From positions 68,033 through 132,032 of the forward strand of contig CAZOVJ010000001.1 of NCBI GenBank assembly GCA_964583685.1: DNA of 64,000 bases. The letters are read 5' to 3'. The notes beneath the pieces were generated by a model. It saw nothing but the letters and a program-made list of their open reading frames with translations. It searched no databases and was not told where the DNA came from. The position numbers and the translations under genes are program-made. This stretch comes from an uncultured Gammaproteobacteria bacterium (GTDB taxonomy: Bacteria; Patescibacteriota; Microgenomatia; UBA8517). Below, piece by piece: positions 54,028-62,726 of this stretch. How positions within the stretch are numbered: the stretch's first letter is position 1; each line of letters opens with the position of its first letter.

Positions 54028-54893
54028 AAATAGCTGTTGTTTCAGGAAAAGGTGGAGTGGGCAAGTCAATGCTTGCCTCAGTCTTGTCTATGCTTTCTAC
54101 TAAGTCAAAGAGAGTAGTGGCTGTTGATTGTGATGTTGATGCTCCCAATCTTCATTTGTGGTTGGGTGAGGATGAAAAGTGGGATAAAACTGAGAAGATT
54201 TCTGTTTCCGAGAAAGCAGTGGTTGTTAAAAAAGATTGCCCAGAGTGTCGGAGATGTGTTGATATCTGTCAGTTTAGCGCCTTAAGCTTTAAAGACAATC
54301 AGTTACAAGTTAATCCATTTCTTTGCGAAGGGTGTGGTGCCTGTGAGGCTGTTTGTCCAGCTGGAACGATTAAGATGAAACCTGTTGATAACGCAGAGAT
54401 TAGAATTAAAAAAGATGTTTATGGTTTTCCTTTGGTTTCAGCTCAACTTTATCCTGGTGAGACTGGCTCAGGCAAAATTGTTGACGAGATAAAACAAAGA
54501 GCAGAAAAATTTGATTATGAAATTATGATTTTAGACGCTCCGGCCGGGACGGGCTGTCCGGTTATTGCTGCCTTAAATGGGATTGATTTTGCTATTTTAA
54601 TAACCGAGCCGACTCCCTCAGGATTTTCTGATATGAAGCGGGTTTTAATGGTCGTCAATCATTTTAAAATCCCATATGGCGTGGTTGTCAATAAATGGGA
54701 TATTAATCCCATCGAAAGTAACAAAATAGAAAACTGGTCTGGGGATAAATTTTTAGGTAAAATTACCTACGATAAAAGGATTTTTCAGGCAATTGCTAAA
54801 TTGAAGCCAATAATGGAAACCAATCTACCTGTTAAAGAAGAAATAAAAACAATTGCAAATTCAGCTTATTTCTGCCGAAAAGTTGGAATATGA
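54024..54893 (+). CDS. second MinD/Mrp-superfamily ATPase with an inserted 2x[4Fe-4S] ferredoxin domain
   Basis: SGKGGVGKSML, VDCDVDAPN, CPECRRCVDIC and CEGCGACEAVCP. Overlaps its paralog by 4 nt. Confidence 0.75.
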   Translation: MKIAVVSGKGGVGKSMLASVLSMLSTKSKRVVAVDCDVDAPNLHLWLGEDEKWDKTEKISVSEKAVVVKKDCPECRRCVDICQFSALSFKDNQLQVNPFLCEGCGACEAVCPAGTIKMKPVDNAEIRIKKDVYGFPLVSAQLYPGETGSGKIVDEIKQRAEKFDYEIMILDAPAGTGCPVIAALNGIDFAILITEPTPSGFSDMKRVLMVVNHFKIPYGVVVNKWDINPIESNKIENWSGDKFLGKITYDKRIFQAIAKLKPIMETNLPVKEEIKTIANSAYFCRKVGI

Positions 54894-55100
54894 GCCTGAG
54901 CGTCGGGATAGAGCAAGTGGGACTCCCGAGATAGCTTCAAACAATCACTCAAAATTAGACTCAACATTTTCTGAAGATAAAGTAATATCCTTTAAACTTC
55001 ATATAAGGGTGCTCTCACCTAGAAAGTATTGCACTGTTTGACTTAATCTGGTTTTAGTGATAAATTTGCGTTGGTTTTCTTTGAATGGGGGTGATGATGA

Positions 55101-55424
55101 TTGGTAGATAACGAAAGATTCAGGGGGGCAATTAGTCATTTTGAAGCCCAAGTACAATCCATTTTCCCAGACCGGTTTGGAGAAGTAGTTGAAGGCCTGG
55201 GGGAATCTGAGAGTAGAGCTTCTATACTGGCCCATTTGGAACGTCTTATGTATTCTGCTCCTGAGATTAGAGCAAGAAAAGCGTATGAAATGTATTACTC
55301 TGGAGGGCTAAGAGAATTTCTAAAAGGTTTAGGTTTTGACGATGAGGAGAGGAGACAATTAATCAACGCATTAGCTGGTCAAGATGTAGCTCATTCAAGG
55401 GATAAAGTTAATTTAACGACCTGA
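55101..55424 (+). CDS. hypothetical protein
   Basis: 107-aa ORF, no motif recognised. Confidence 0.35.
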   Translation: MVDNERFRGAISHFEAQVQSIFPDRFGEVVEGLGESESRASILAHLERLMYSAPEIRARKAYEMYYSGGLREFLKGLGFDDEERRQLINALAGQDVAHSRDKVNLTT

Positions 55425-55614
55425 ACATGATAAAATGCTCTCATTTCACAGTTTCAGATTGGGACTGGAAAATACTCAACCAATATTTATATATTTATAC
55501 TGTGCCTGCCGGCAAGGCAGGGCTTCGGTGGGTAGGATCTAAGTTTGATTTTACTATTCCAACCCCGAGGAATTGAAGAACCATTACAGAAAGGGATAAA
55601 ATAAAAGTTTTTGG

Positions 55615-55956
55615 TTATTCGCTAAATCTCTCTCTATAGGAAATTGCTTCTTCGATGACTCTTTGGATCGTGTCTCCATAAATAGGAATTATTGGATTTG
55701 CTCCTGTTATTCGAAGTCCTGTTTCTTTTTGTACATCGGTGAGTTGATCAAAGCTTTCTGGATTTTGCCAATCTTTAGGAAAAACATTTGGCACGTTCTC
55801 AAGAATGATTTGTATTTGGTTGCGACCGATCGGCAGTCCTTGTTTTTTAAGCGCTTCCTGGATTTCGTGCAATACCTCTGGCTCACCTGATAATCTTGGC
55901 CCCATTGGTCCATCGAGGTGTTCAACTTGGTTCCACAAATCTTGTTCAGGAGACAT
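55615..55956 (-). CDS. hypothetical protein
   Basis: 113-aa ORF, no motif recognised. Confidence 0.4.
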   Translation of the reverse strand: MSPEQDLWNQVEHLDGPMGPRLSGEPEVLHEIQEALKKQGLPIGRNQIQIILENVPNVFPKDWQNPESFDQLTDVQKETGLRITGANPIIPIYGDTIQRVIEEAISYRERFSE

Positions 55957-56108
55957 GGTCTGTTAGTCTAAGATAGCCTCTCAGATATGTCAAGTTGTTA
56001 TTTTTTTGAGTTTACAATCCCATCACCTAGAAATTGGAGGATTATTGCAAAAAAAGATTTTACACCTGAGGTTGACCACTTCGAGAGCGGTCAGAGTTAG
56101 TGATTATT

Positions 56109-56636
56109 TTAATCTTTTTTAATTCCTAATTGCTCAACGGTGATGCGTTTGAGCATTTCTGTTCCTCTTGAATTTTTAGTTTTGACAAAAAACCTCCAAA
56201 GATCATCGTTCACTCTTTCAGGACTCTTGGAATCTTCATGTTGTGGGCCAACAGCAAGAATGCCGTTCTCTTTAAGAACTCTACTGGCTTCAGAGACAAT
56301 GTTTGTTAATCCACTTTCTGATACATACTGGGTCACGAAATGTAAAATCGCCACCTGGACCGACCGATCGCCAAAAGGCAAATTCCTGGCATCAGTACGG
56401 ACAAAATCAATATTATTATTTTCATTTGTCCACTCGGTATACCACACGGGGTGGAACTGCCGGTCAATAGAAACCAATTTAGAGACGCCAATCTCCTTTA
56501 TTTTAACTGAATGCTCTCCCATGCCATAGCCGATCTCAAGAATAACGCCCTCATTGCCTAGGTGTTCAAGTAGCAGCTCGAGCTTCTTGGTACTCAAGCA
56601 GCCAGGGCTTTGGTCGAGGACAGTTATACCCAACAT
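56109..56636 (-). CDS. class I SAM-dependent methyltransferase; start ambiguous (ATG at 56636, or TTG at 56861 overlapping the upstream ORF by 220 nt)
   Basis: EGVILEIGYGMGEHS is motif I (E/DxGxGxG). A motif II acidic residue and later PFGDRSVQVAILHFV (motif IV region) are present. Confidence 0.55.
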   Translation of the reverse strand: MLGITVLDQSPGCLSTKKLELLLEHLGNEGVILEIGYGMGEHSVKIKEIGVSKLVSIDRQFHPVWYTEWTNENNNIDFVRTDARNLPFGDRSVQVAILHFVTQYVSESGLTNIVSEASRVLKENGILAVGPQHEDSKSPERVNDDLWRFFVKTKNSRGTEMLKRITVEQLGIKKD

Positions 56637-56641
56637 CTTAA

Positions 56642-57076
56642 TCAGCTTGGCCCTGAGTGATTCATCTTTAATAACTGATTCAACTTTTCTTTTGATTTCT
56701 TCAGAGTCAGAGGCGGGGAACAGTTTCTCAAACGTGGCATTTGCAGTTTCTTGCTGGGGCTTTCCGTTAAAACAAAATAAACGCCTGAAAAGATATCTAT
56801 GGCTGAATCCGACCCTAATTGCTCTCTTTTTACCTTTGCTTCTCGGAGGAGTTTTTGCCAACTTTTAGATTCCAGACAATCCTCATACACCTGATTGAGC
56901 GCTGTGTAATATTCCCAGGCGCCGAGAGGCAGTGACTGGTTATAAGGGACGTGCTTAACCCACATGTAGAGATGGGTTACCCTTATACCCGCCGTTTCTA
57001 TATAAGGCTCAGGGTAGTCATTTTCTTCGGTCGCTTTGATATATTTGGCAACACCCTCAATATCATTCCTTTCCAT
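56642..57076 (-). CDS. hypothetical protein, possibly the N-terminal part of a frameshifted fusion with the methyltransferase
   Basis: 144-aa ORF whose 3' 220 nt are also open in the methyltransferase frame. Confidence 0.35.
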   Translation of the reverse strand: MERNDIEGVAKYIKATEENDYPEPYIETAGIRVTHLYMWVKHVPYNQSLPLGAWEYYTALNQVYEDCLESKSWQKLLREAKVKREQLGSDSAIDIFSGVYFVLTESPSKKLQMPRLRNCSPPLTLKKSKEKLNQLLKMNHSGPS

Positions 57077-57178
57077 AAGGAATTATTATAGGGTTTATTA
57101 GAGCGCAAATCAAGCGTGGTACTTTACTAAATTGACCACCCCAGGATTAGGCAGGAAGATTTGGTGTAAAATAAGACT

Positions 57179-58114
57179 GTGGGATTAGAAATTGGAATAG
57201 TGGGGTTGCCGAATGCGGGGAAGTCAACGCTTTTTAATGCGCTCTGTGCCAGGCGTTTGGCCGAAACCGCACCTAGGCCCTTTACCACCATTGACCCTCA
57301 CGAAGCTGTAGTACCGGTTCCTGATAAGAATTTAAAAAAGCTTTCAGATTTGGTTAGACCAGAAAAAACTGTACCTGCTGCTGTAAGCTTTATTGATATT
57401 GCCGGCTTAGTGAAAGGTGCCCATAAAGGTGAGGGTTTGGGAAATCAATTTTTGGCCAAGATTCGTGAGGTGGATAGCCTGGTCCATGTTGTTCGGGTGT
57501 TTTCCAATCAGGATGTTGCTCGCCAGACTTCGACTCATCCAGTTGGTTCGGAAAAACAGATTTTAGAAGATATTGAGATAGTCAATCTGGAACTGGAATT
57601 AGGAGGCATCAAGAAAGTTCCCACCATCTATGTTTTAAATGTAGATGAAGATAAAGCCGGAAGTGAAGGGGCTCGTCAATTGATTAAGAAAATCAAAAAA
57701 AATTTTAGGGGCGAGGTGGTTATTGTTTGTGCAAAGTTGGAGGAAGAACTTATTGATTTGGAGAAAGAGGAAGGAAGGGCATATTTACTGGAGTTGGGAA
57801 TTAGGAAGTCAGGCTTGGAGAAATTGATTAGAAAGGCCTACCGACTTTTAGGTTTGATAACCTTTTATACAATCAAAGGGGGGAAAGAAGTCCATGCCTG
57901 GAGCCTGAAGAAGGGCTCTAATGCTCTAGATGGAGCTGGCCGAGTCCATAGCGATTTTGCCAAAAATTTTATTAAGGCAGAAGTAGTGAATGTAAAAACG
58001 CTTTTTGAGGTTGGAAGTTGGAGAACGGCCAAGGAAAAAGGGAAATTAAGAGTTGAGGGAAAAAATTATAAAGTACGGGATAAAGATGTACTTGAATTTA
58101 GGGTTGGCGGTTAA
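57179..58114 (+). CDS. ychF: Obg-family ribosome-binding ATPase YchF (compact 311-aa form)
   Basis: GTG start, GIVGLPNAGKSTLFNAL (G1), FTTIDP (G2), DIAGLV (G3) and a C-terminal TGS-like domain (ITFYTIKGGKEVHAW...GRVHSDF). Confidence 0.85.
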   Translation: MGLEIGIVGLPNAGKSTLFNALCARRLAETAPRPFTTIDPHEAVVPVPDKNLKKLSDLVRPEKTVPAAVSFIDIAGLVKGAHKGEGLGNQFLAKIREVDSLVHVVRVFSNQDVARQTSTHPVGSEKQILEDIEIVNLELELGGIKKVPTIYVLNVDEDKAGSEGARQLIKKIKKNFRGEVVIVCAKLEEELIDLEKEEGRAYLLELGIRKSGLEKLIRKAYRLLGLITFYTIKGGKEVHAWSLKKGSNALDGAGRVHSDFAKNFIKAEVVNVKTLFEVGSWRTAKEKGKLRVEGKNYKVRDKDVLEFRVGG

Positions 58115-58186
58115 GGGTGGATTTAGGCTGTAAAGACAGATTTGTTAGTTGAAGGGAGAGTTGGTTTCTTGTTATACTCCTTCCAT

Positions 58187-58468
58187 ATGCGGAATTACGA
58201 ATTAACGATTCTCTTGGATGGTAAGGCAACAGCAGCCAAGAAAAAAAGGGTTGTTGATAAGATTAAAAAGATAATTACCACTCTTAAAGGAAAGGTGGGA
58301 AAACTGGAAGATTGGGGAGAAAAAGAGCTGGCTTATAAGATTAAAAAATCAACCACTGGTATTTTTTTGCATTTTCCTTTAAAATTAAATTCAGCAGCAG
58401 CCAAAGCAATTAATGGGAAATTGAGGCTGGAAGAGGAGATTTTGCGATACCTGTTGGTTCGCAATTGA
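58187..58468 (+). CDS. rpsF: 30S ribosomal protein S6
   Basis: MRNYELTILLDGK...EDWGEKELAYKIKK is the S6 signature. The upstream in-frame extension is unlikely to be coding. Confidence 0.85.
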   Translation: MRNYELTILLDGKATAAKKKRVVDKIKKIITTLKGKVGKLEDWGEKELAYKIKKSTTGIFLHFPLKLNSAAAKAINGKLRLEEEILRYLLVRN

Positions 58469-58480
58469 GCATGAGCGATT

Positions 58481-59005
58481 ATGGCAAGAAGTTTGAATAA
58501 AGTTCAATTAATTGGCAATTTGACGCGCGACCCGGAACTTCGTTATACCCCTCAGGGAGCAGCAGTTTGCAGTTTTGGTTTGGCCACAAATAGGCGATGG
58601 AAAACAGACTCAGGAGATCTTCGCGACGAGGCGGAGTTTCACAGAATAGTTGTCTGGAATCAATTAGCCGAGATTTGTAGCAGAATGCTCGGTAAGGGTA
58701 AAAGGGTTTATGTTGAAGGTCGCTTACAGACAAGAACTTGGACAGGCTCTGATGGCCAACAAAGAACGACAACTGAGATAGTCATTTCGGATATGATAGT
58801 TTTTAGTCCTAGACAACCGGTTGATGCCGACCTACCCAAAGATTTGGGAGAAGATTTGGGAGAAGAAAAGGAAAAGATTGTAGCGCCTAAGGCAAAAAGT
58901 CCTAGTCGGAAAAAGAGCAAAAAGGTTAAAAAGGCAAAAACTAAAAAAGGAAAGGGTGAAACTAAAAAAGGAAAGGGTGAAAAAGGAGAAGACATTCCGT
59001 TCTGA
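58481..59005 (+). CDS. ssb: single-stranded DNA-binding protein with a Lys/Gly-rich repetitive tail and a C-terminal DIPF tip
   Basis: LNKVQLIGNLTRDPELRYTPQGAAVCSFGLATNRRW, FHRIVVWNQLAE and YVEGRLQTRTW form the OB-fold. A 21-bp x2 tandem repeat (TKKGKGE) precedes ...EDIPF. Confidence 0.9.
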   Translation: MARSLNKVQLIGNLTRDPELRYTPQGAAVCSFGLATNRRWKTDSGDLRDEAEFHRIVVWNQLAEICSRMLGKGKRVYVEGRLQTRTWTGSDGQQRTTTEIVISDMIVFSPRQPVDADLPKDLGEDLGEEKEKIVAPKAKSPSRKKSKKVKKAKTKKGKGETKKGKGEKGEDIPF

Positions 59006-59240
59006 CGTAGACAAACAATCTAGACCCAGAGTTAAGTCTAGAGATGTTTGTTATTTTTGTGAAAAAAAGAGCTTGCCTTCATATAAAGCTTATGAAGAAC
59101 TTGGTCGTTTTCTGAGTGGAAGAGCTAAGCTTATAAATAGAAAAAGAAGCGGTCTTTGTGCTAAACACCAGAGAAAGCTGGCAATCGCAGTTAAGAGAGC
59201 TAGATACCTCGGACTTTTTCCTTTCAAAGCAAAAATCTAA
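58956..59240 (+). CDS. rpsR: 30S ribosomal protein S18 (start overlaps the ssb 3' end; probably GTG)
   Basis: DVCYFCEKKSLPSYKAYEELGRFLSGRAKLINRKRSGLCAKHQRKLAIAVKRARYLG is the S18 signature. Confidence 0.8.
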   Translation: MKLKKERVKKEKTFRSDVDKQSRPRVKSRDVCYFCEKKSLPSYKAYEELGRFLSGRAKLINRKRSGLCAKHQRKLAIAVKRARYLGLFPFKAKI

Positions 59241-59263
59241 AACAAATATATAGCTTTGTCCCA

Positions 59264-60520
59264 ATGAAATTGAAGAAAATTTTGTCTAAGCTAAATTTTA
59301 TGAAAACTAGATATCTACTTCTTGCTTTTTTGTTGATTTTAGTTTCCTTTGGCTCTGGATACGCTTTTGGTAGAAAGGGTTATTTTTTAGAACTCAAGCA
59401 ATTTCCTGGTGTTAATCTCTCAAGGGAAATTCCGACAGACAAAAAACTAGATTTTTCTCTTTTCTGGGGGGTGTGGGATTTGTTGGAAGCTTCTTATTTT
59501 GATAAGTCAAAGTTGGTTCCGACAACAATGGTTTATGGTGCCATTGAAGGTATGGTTAGGGCAGTTGGTGATCCTTATACGGTTTTTCTGCCTCCTGAGG
59601 AGAATAAGGTTATACAAGAGGATCTTTCGGGGAACTTTGAAGGGGTGGGTATCCAAATCGGTTTTAAGGGTACACAATTAGTGGTAATTGCTCCTTTACC
59701 CAATACACCGGCGGAAAAAGCTGGAATTAAGGCAGGGGATTTTATTGTTGGCATTAAAGATGAGCAAAAGAAGATCGACCGTTCAACTGTCGGGATAAAT
59801 TTGCCAGACGCGGTTCAGGCAATTAGGGGGCCGAAGGGATCAAAGGTGGTTTTGATTCTCTTAAGAGAAGATAGTGATGAGCCGATAGAGACGGAAGTTA
59901 TTCGAGAGGCGATTGATGTTCCCAGTGTTCTTTTGTCTTTTGTCGGTGATGATAAATCGATTGCTTATCTTCAACTTTTGAAATTTGGGGGCGAGACAGA
60001 AGATGAGTGGGATAGAGAAGTGAGAGAAATTCTCCAAAAGCCAGGTCTTCAGGGAATGATTTTTGATGTTCGCAATAATCCTGGAGGATATTTACAGGGA
60101 GCGGTTGATATTGCCAGTGAATTTTTGAAAGAGGGAACAGTAGTCATTGAAGAGAATGCCGAGGGCCGCAAGAATGAATTCAAGGTAAATAGGCGGGGGA
60201 GACTGACGGAAATTCCTTTGGTAGTTTTGGTGAATAGGGGGAGTGCTTCGGCGTCTGAAATTCTGGCAGGAGCTTTAAAAGATTATCATCGGGCAACAAT
60301 TGTTGGAGAGACAACCTTTGGCAAAGGAACAATACAAGAATCGCAGCCAGTGGATAGCAAAGCAGCCTTGCATATCACAATTGCTCGTTGGCTGACTCCT
60401 TCCGGTTTTTGGATAAATGAGGAGGGTCTAGAGCCCAATGTTAAAATAAAGAATGATTTTGATACAGCTGAAGATGAGCAATTGCAAGAAGCAATTAATA
60501 TTTTGGAGAGAAATCAATGA
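59264..60520 (+). CDS. carboxyl-terminal processing protease (S41 family) with a PDZ domain
   Basis: N-terminal TM anchor, a PDZ region (GVGIQIGFKG...PAEKAGIKAGDFIVGI), VVLVNRGSASASEILAGAL (catalytic Ser) and TFGKGTIQ (Lys). Confidence 0.85.
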   Translation: MKLKKILSKLNFMKTRYLLLAFLLILVSFGSGYAFGRKGYFLELKQFPGVNLSREIPTDKKLDFSLFWGVWDLLEASYFDKSKLVPTTMVYGAIEGMVRAVGDPYTVFLPPEENKVIQEDLSGNFEGVGIQIGFKGTQLVVIAPLPNTPAEKAGIKAGDFIVGIKDEQKKIDRSTVGINLPDAVQAIRGPKGSKVVLILLREDSDEPIETEVIREAIDVPSVLLSFVGDDKSIAYLQLLKFGGETEDEWDREVREILQKPGLQGMIFDVRNNPGGYLQGAVDIASEFLKEGTVVIEENAEGRKNEFKVNRRGRLTEIPLVVLVNRGSASASEILAGALKDYHRATIVGETTFGKGTIQESQPVDSKAALHITIARWLTPSGFWINEEGLEPNVKIKNDFDTAEDEQLQEAINILERNQ

Positions 60521-61674
60521 AGATAAAAGCTAATCTCAAGAAATTTTTGATTGGTATTGCCATAGGAATAGTTTTATTGGTTGCTATTACTGGTGGAGCA
60601 ATTGCCGACAGGTTATTTGGCTTGAAGCCTTTAGATTTACTACTGCCTCGCCAAGAGCAACCTTTCAGGGCTGGGGTTGAACAGAAGATTTTGACCGAGG
60701 AATCGGTTGTTATCAATGTTGCTGAGGAAGTTTCTCCCTCAGTGGTAACCGTATCCATTGAGACTCCAGAAAGAAAAATTTTGGAATTTAGCCCTTTTGG
60801 CGGTTTTAGCTCAAGAATAGAAGGTGGACAGCCTCAGGATATAGGTACTGGATTTATTGTTTCTCAGGACGGACTTATTGTCACTAACAAACATGTGGTT
60901 TCCGATACAAGCGCTTCCTATAAGGTAATTACGAATGATGACAAGGAGTATGATGTAAGCCAGATTAGTCGTGATCCTTCAAATGATGTTGCCATATTGA
61001 AAATAAGTGCTAGCGGTTTAAAGCCAGTTGAATTAGGCGACTCTGCTAATTTAAAAGTTGGCCAGTTTGTTATTGCCATAGGAACAGCTTTAGGAGAATT
61101 TAGACATACGGTAACCACCGGTGTAATTTCGGGCTTGGGAAGAGGAATTATGGCAGGAGGTGTTTATGAGGGGTATGTTGAGCCTTTGGATAATGTTATT
61201 CAAACAGATGCAGCAATCAACCTGGGTAATTCTGGAGGACCGCTTTTAAATTCTGTTGGCCAGGTTATTGGTGTTAATGTAGCCGTTGCCCAGCCAGCAG
61301 AAAATGTCGGCTTTGCCATTCCCATTAATGTTGTTAGAGAAGGCTTGGCTCAATTTAAGTCAACAGGGAAATTTGCACCCATGGCCTTTCTGGGAGTGCA
61401 ATATCAGATGCTTTCGCGCAGGGTAGCCATTTTAAACGGAGTTCCGGAAGGAGCTTACGTTATTGATGTGGTTGCTGATTCACCTGCTGAAAAGGTTGGA
61501 GTTGAGGCAGATGATATTATTACCAAAATAGATGGCCAGGAATTGAAGGAGGCGGATGGTGGACTGGCAGGAGTCATTTCTAGGAAGAAACCAGGAGATG
61601 TAATTAATCTTGAAATCTGGCGCGACGGCGAAACTCTTAATTTCTCAACTACCCTTTCCGAATTCTCCGAATAA
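60517..61674 (+). CDS. htrA: HtrA/DegP-family trypsin-like serine protease with a C-terminal PDZ
   Basis: GTGFIV...TNKHVV (His), NDVAILK (Asp), GNSGGPLLN (Ser) and a PDZ (GVPEGAYVIDVVADSPAEKVGVEADDIITKIDGQ). Confidence 0.85.
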   Translation: MKIKANLKKFLIGIAIGIVLLVAITGGAIADRLFGLKPLDLLLPRQEQPFRAGVEQKILTEESVVINVAEEVSPSVVTVSIETPERKILEFSPFGGFSSRIEGGQPQDIGTGFIVSQDGLIVTNKHVVSDTSASYKVITNDDKEYDVSQISRDPSNDVAILKISASGLKPVELGDSANLKVGQFVIAIGTALGEFRHTVTTGVISGLGRGIMAGGVYEGYVEPLDNVIQTDAAINLGNSGGPLLNSVGQVIGVNVAVAQPAENVGFAIPINVVREGLAQFKSTGKFAPMAFLGVQYQMLSRRVAILNGVPEGAYVIDVVADSPAEKVGVEADDIITKIDGQELKEADGGLAGVISRKKPGDVINLEIWRDGETLNFSTTLSEFSE

Positions 61675-61720
61675 TTCTGACAAGTTCAGAGTGCACGTGC
61701 ATCGCCAACTTGTTAAGTTA

Positions 61721-62425
61721 TTAGATTTTTTGGGTGGCTTGGAGTATTTTGTCTAAGCCCCCATCAATAACGGAGTCAAGGTTTCCCCAGGATTTTTTGA
61801 TGCGGTGGTCAGTGACCCGGTTTTGGGGGAAGTTATAGGTGCGGATTTTTTCTGCTCTCATACCTCGGCCGATAGCACTTCTATAACCGGCAATTTTTTG
61901 TTGTTTTTCAGTTTTTTGTCTTTGCCAAAGTTTTGCCCGCAAAAGCTCAAGAGCAATTTTTCGGTTTTGTTCCTGAAATCGTTCTTGTTCAGAAGTGACC
62001 ACAATTCCAGAAGGTTTGTGAGTAAGCCTGACAGCAGTTGAGACTTTTTGGACATTTTGTCCGCCTTGGGTTGAAGCTCTAAAAAACTGCCACTCAAGAT
62101 CGTTCGGATTGACATTAATTTCTCTTTCTTTAATCTCGGGCAGTACTGCCACTGTGGCCGTTGAGGTATGAATTCTCCCGCGCTTTTCGGTAACAGGGAT
62201 TCGTTGGACTCTATGAACACCTGATTCATTTTTCAGCAAATCAAAGACCTTTTCTCCAGAGATTTTTAGGGTGCTTTCGTCAAGTTGACTAACTTTCCAG
62301 GCTTTCTTGGTTGCAAAATGGATGTACATGCGGAGAAGGTCTTTTGCCCAAATTTTTGCTTCATTGCCGCCAGCAGCAGATCTAATTTCCAAATAAAGGG
62401 TTTGATTATCCATGGCGCAGTTCAT
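61721..62425 (-). CDS. prfA: class I peptide chain release factor, RF1-type (PVT motif), lacking the N-terminal domain 1
   Basis: LYLEIRSAAGGNEAKIWAKDLLRMY aligns to the RF1 domain 2 start. VQRIPVTEKRGRIHTSTATVAVLPE carries the RF1 P(V)T anticodon motif. STQGGQNVQKVSTAVRLTH has GGQ. 234 aa against about 360. Confidence 0.7.
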   Translation of the reverse strand: MNCAMDNQTLYLEIRSAAGGNEAKIWAKDLLRMYIHFATKKAWKVSQLDESTLKISGEKVFDLLKNESGVHRVQRIPVTEKRGRIHTSTATVAVLPEIKEREINVNPNDLEWQFFRASTQGGQNVQKVSTAVRLTHKPSGIVVTSEQERFQEQNRKIALELLRAKLWQRQKTEKQQKIAGYRSAIGRGMRAEKIRTYNFPQNRVTDHRIKKSWGNLDSVIDGGLDKILQATQKI

Positions 62426-62714
62426 CGAGAGTTTTTGGTTTTTTTAATTCTTCTTTAATTCTTTTCGACCTTTTTAAGAATCTTTTTTCAGTTTTGGAGA
62501 GAACCTTTTTCTTCGCCTTAGCACGTTTGGTTTCAAAGATATCCACTCTTCCTGCTGTATCGATGAATTTCATCTTGCCTGTATAAAAAGGGTGACAATG
62601 TGAACAGACTTCTACATTAATTTCCGGAACAGCCGCTCCAACTGTAAATTTATTGCCGCAAGCACAGGTTACTTGAGCTTCTGGATACCATTTAGGATGG
62701 ATATTCTTCTTCAT
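62406..62714 (-). CDS. rpmE: 50S ribosomal protein L31 (Zn-ribbon type) with a ~30-aa basic C-terminal extension
   Basis: MKKNIHPKWYPEAQVTCACGNKF...EVCSHCHPFYTGK...DTAGRVDIF matches L31. The ORF continues ...KVLSKTEKRFLKRSKRIKEELKKPKTLDELRHG and overlaps the prfA start by 20 nt. Confidence 0.8.
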   Translation of the reverse strand: MKKNIHPKWYPEAQVTCACGNKFTVGAAVPEINVEVCSHCHPFYTGKMKFIDTAGRVDIFETKRAKAKKKVLSKTEKRFLKRSKRIKEELKKPKTLDELRHG

Positions 62715-62726
62715 GGTTCCTGTATT

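Noticed and set aside
54894-55100. Possible small ORFs or an RNA element after the second MinD-ferredoxin gene
   Set aside because: No convincing start or RBS, and no conserved or paired structure visible. Left unannotated.
61721-62425. Programmed +1 frameshift of prfB as an explanation for the short release-factor ORF
   Set aside because: The protein carries the RF1-type PVT motif, not RF2 SPF. No in-frame UGA or CUU-UGA shift site is present upstream.
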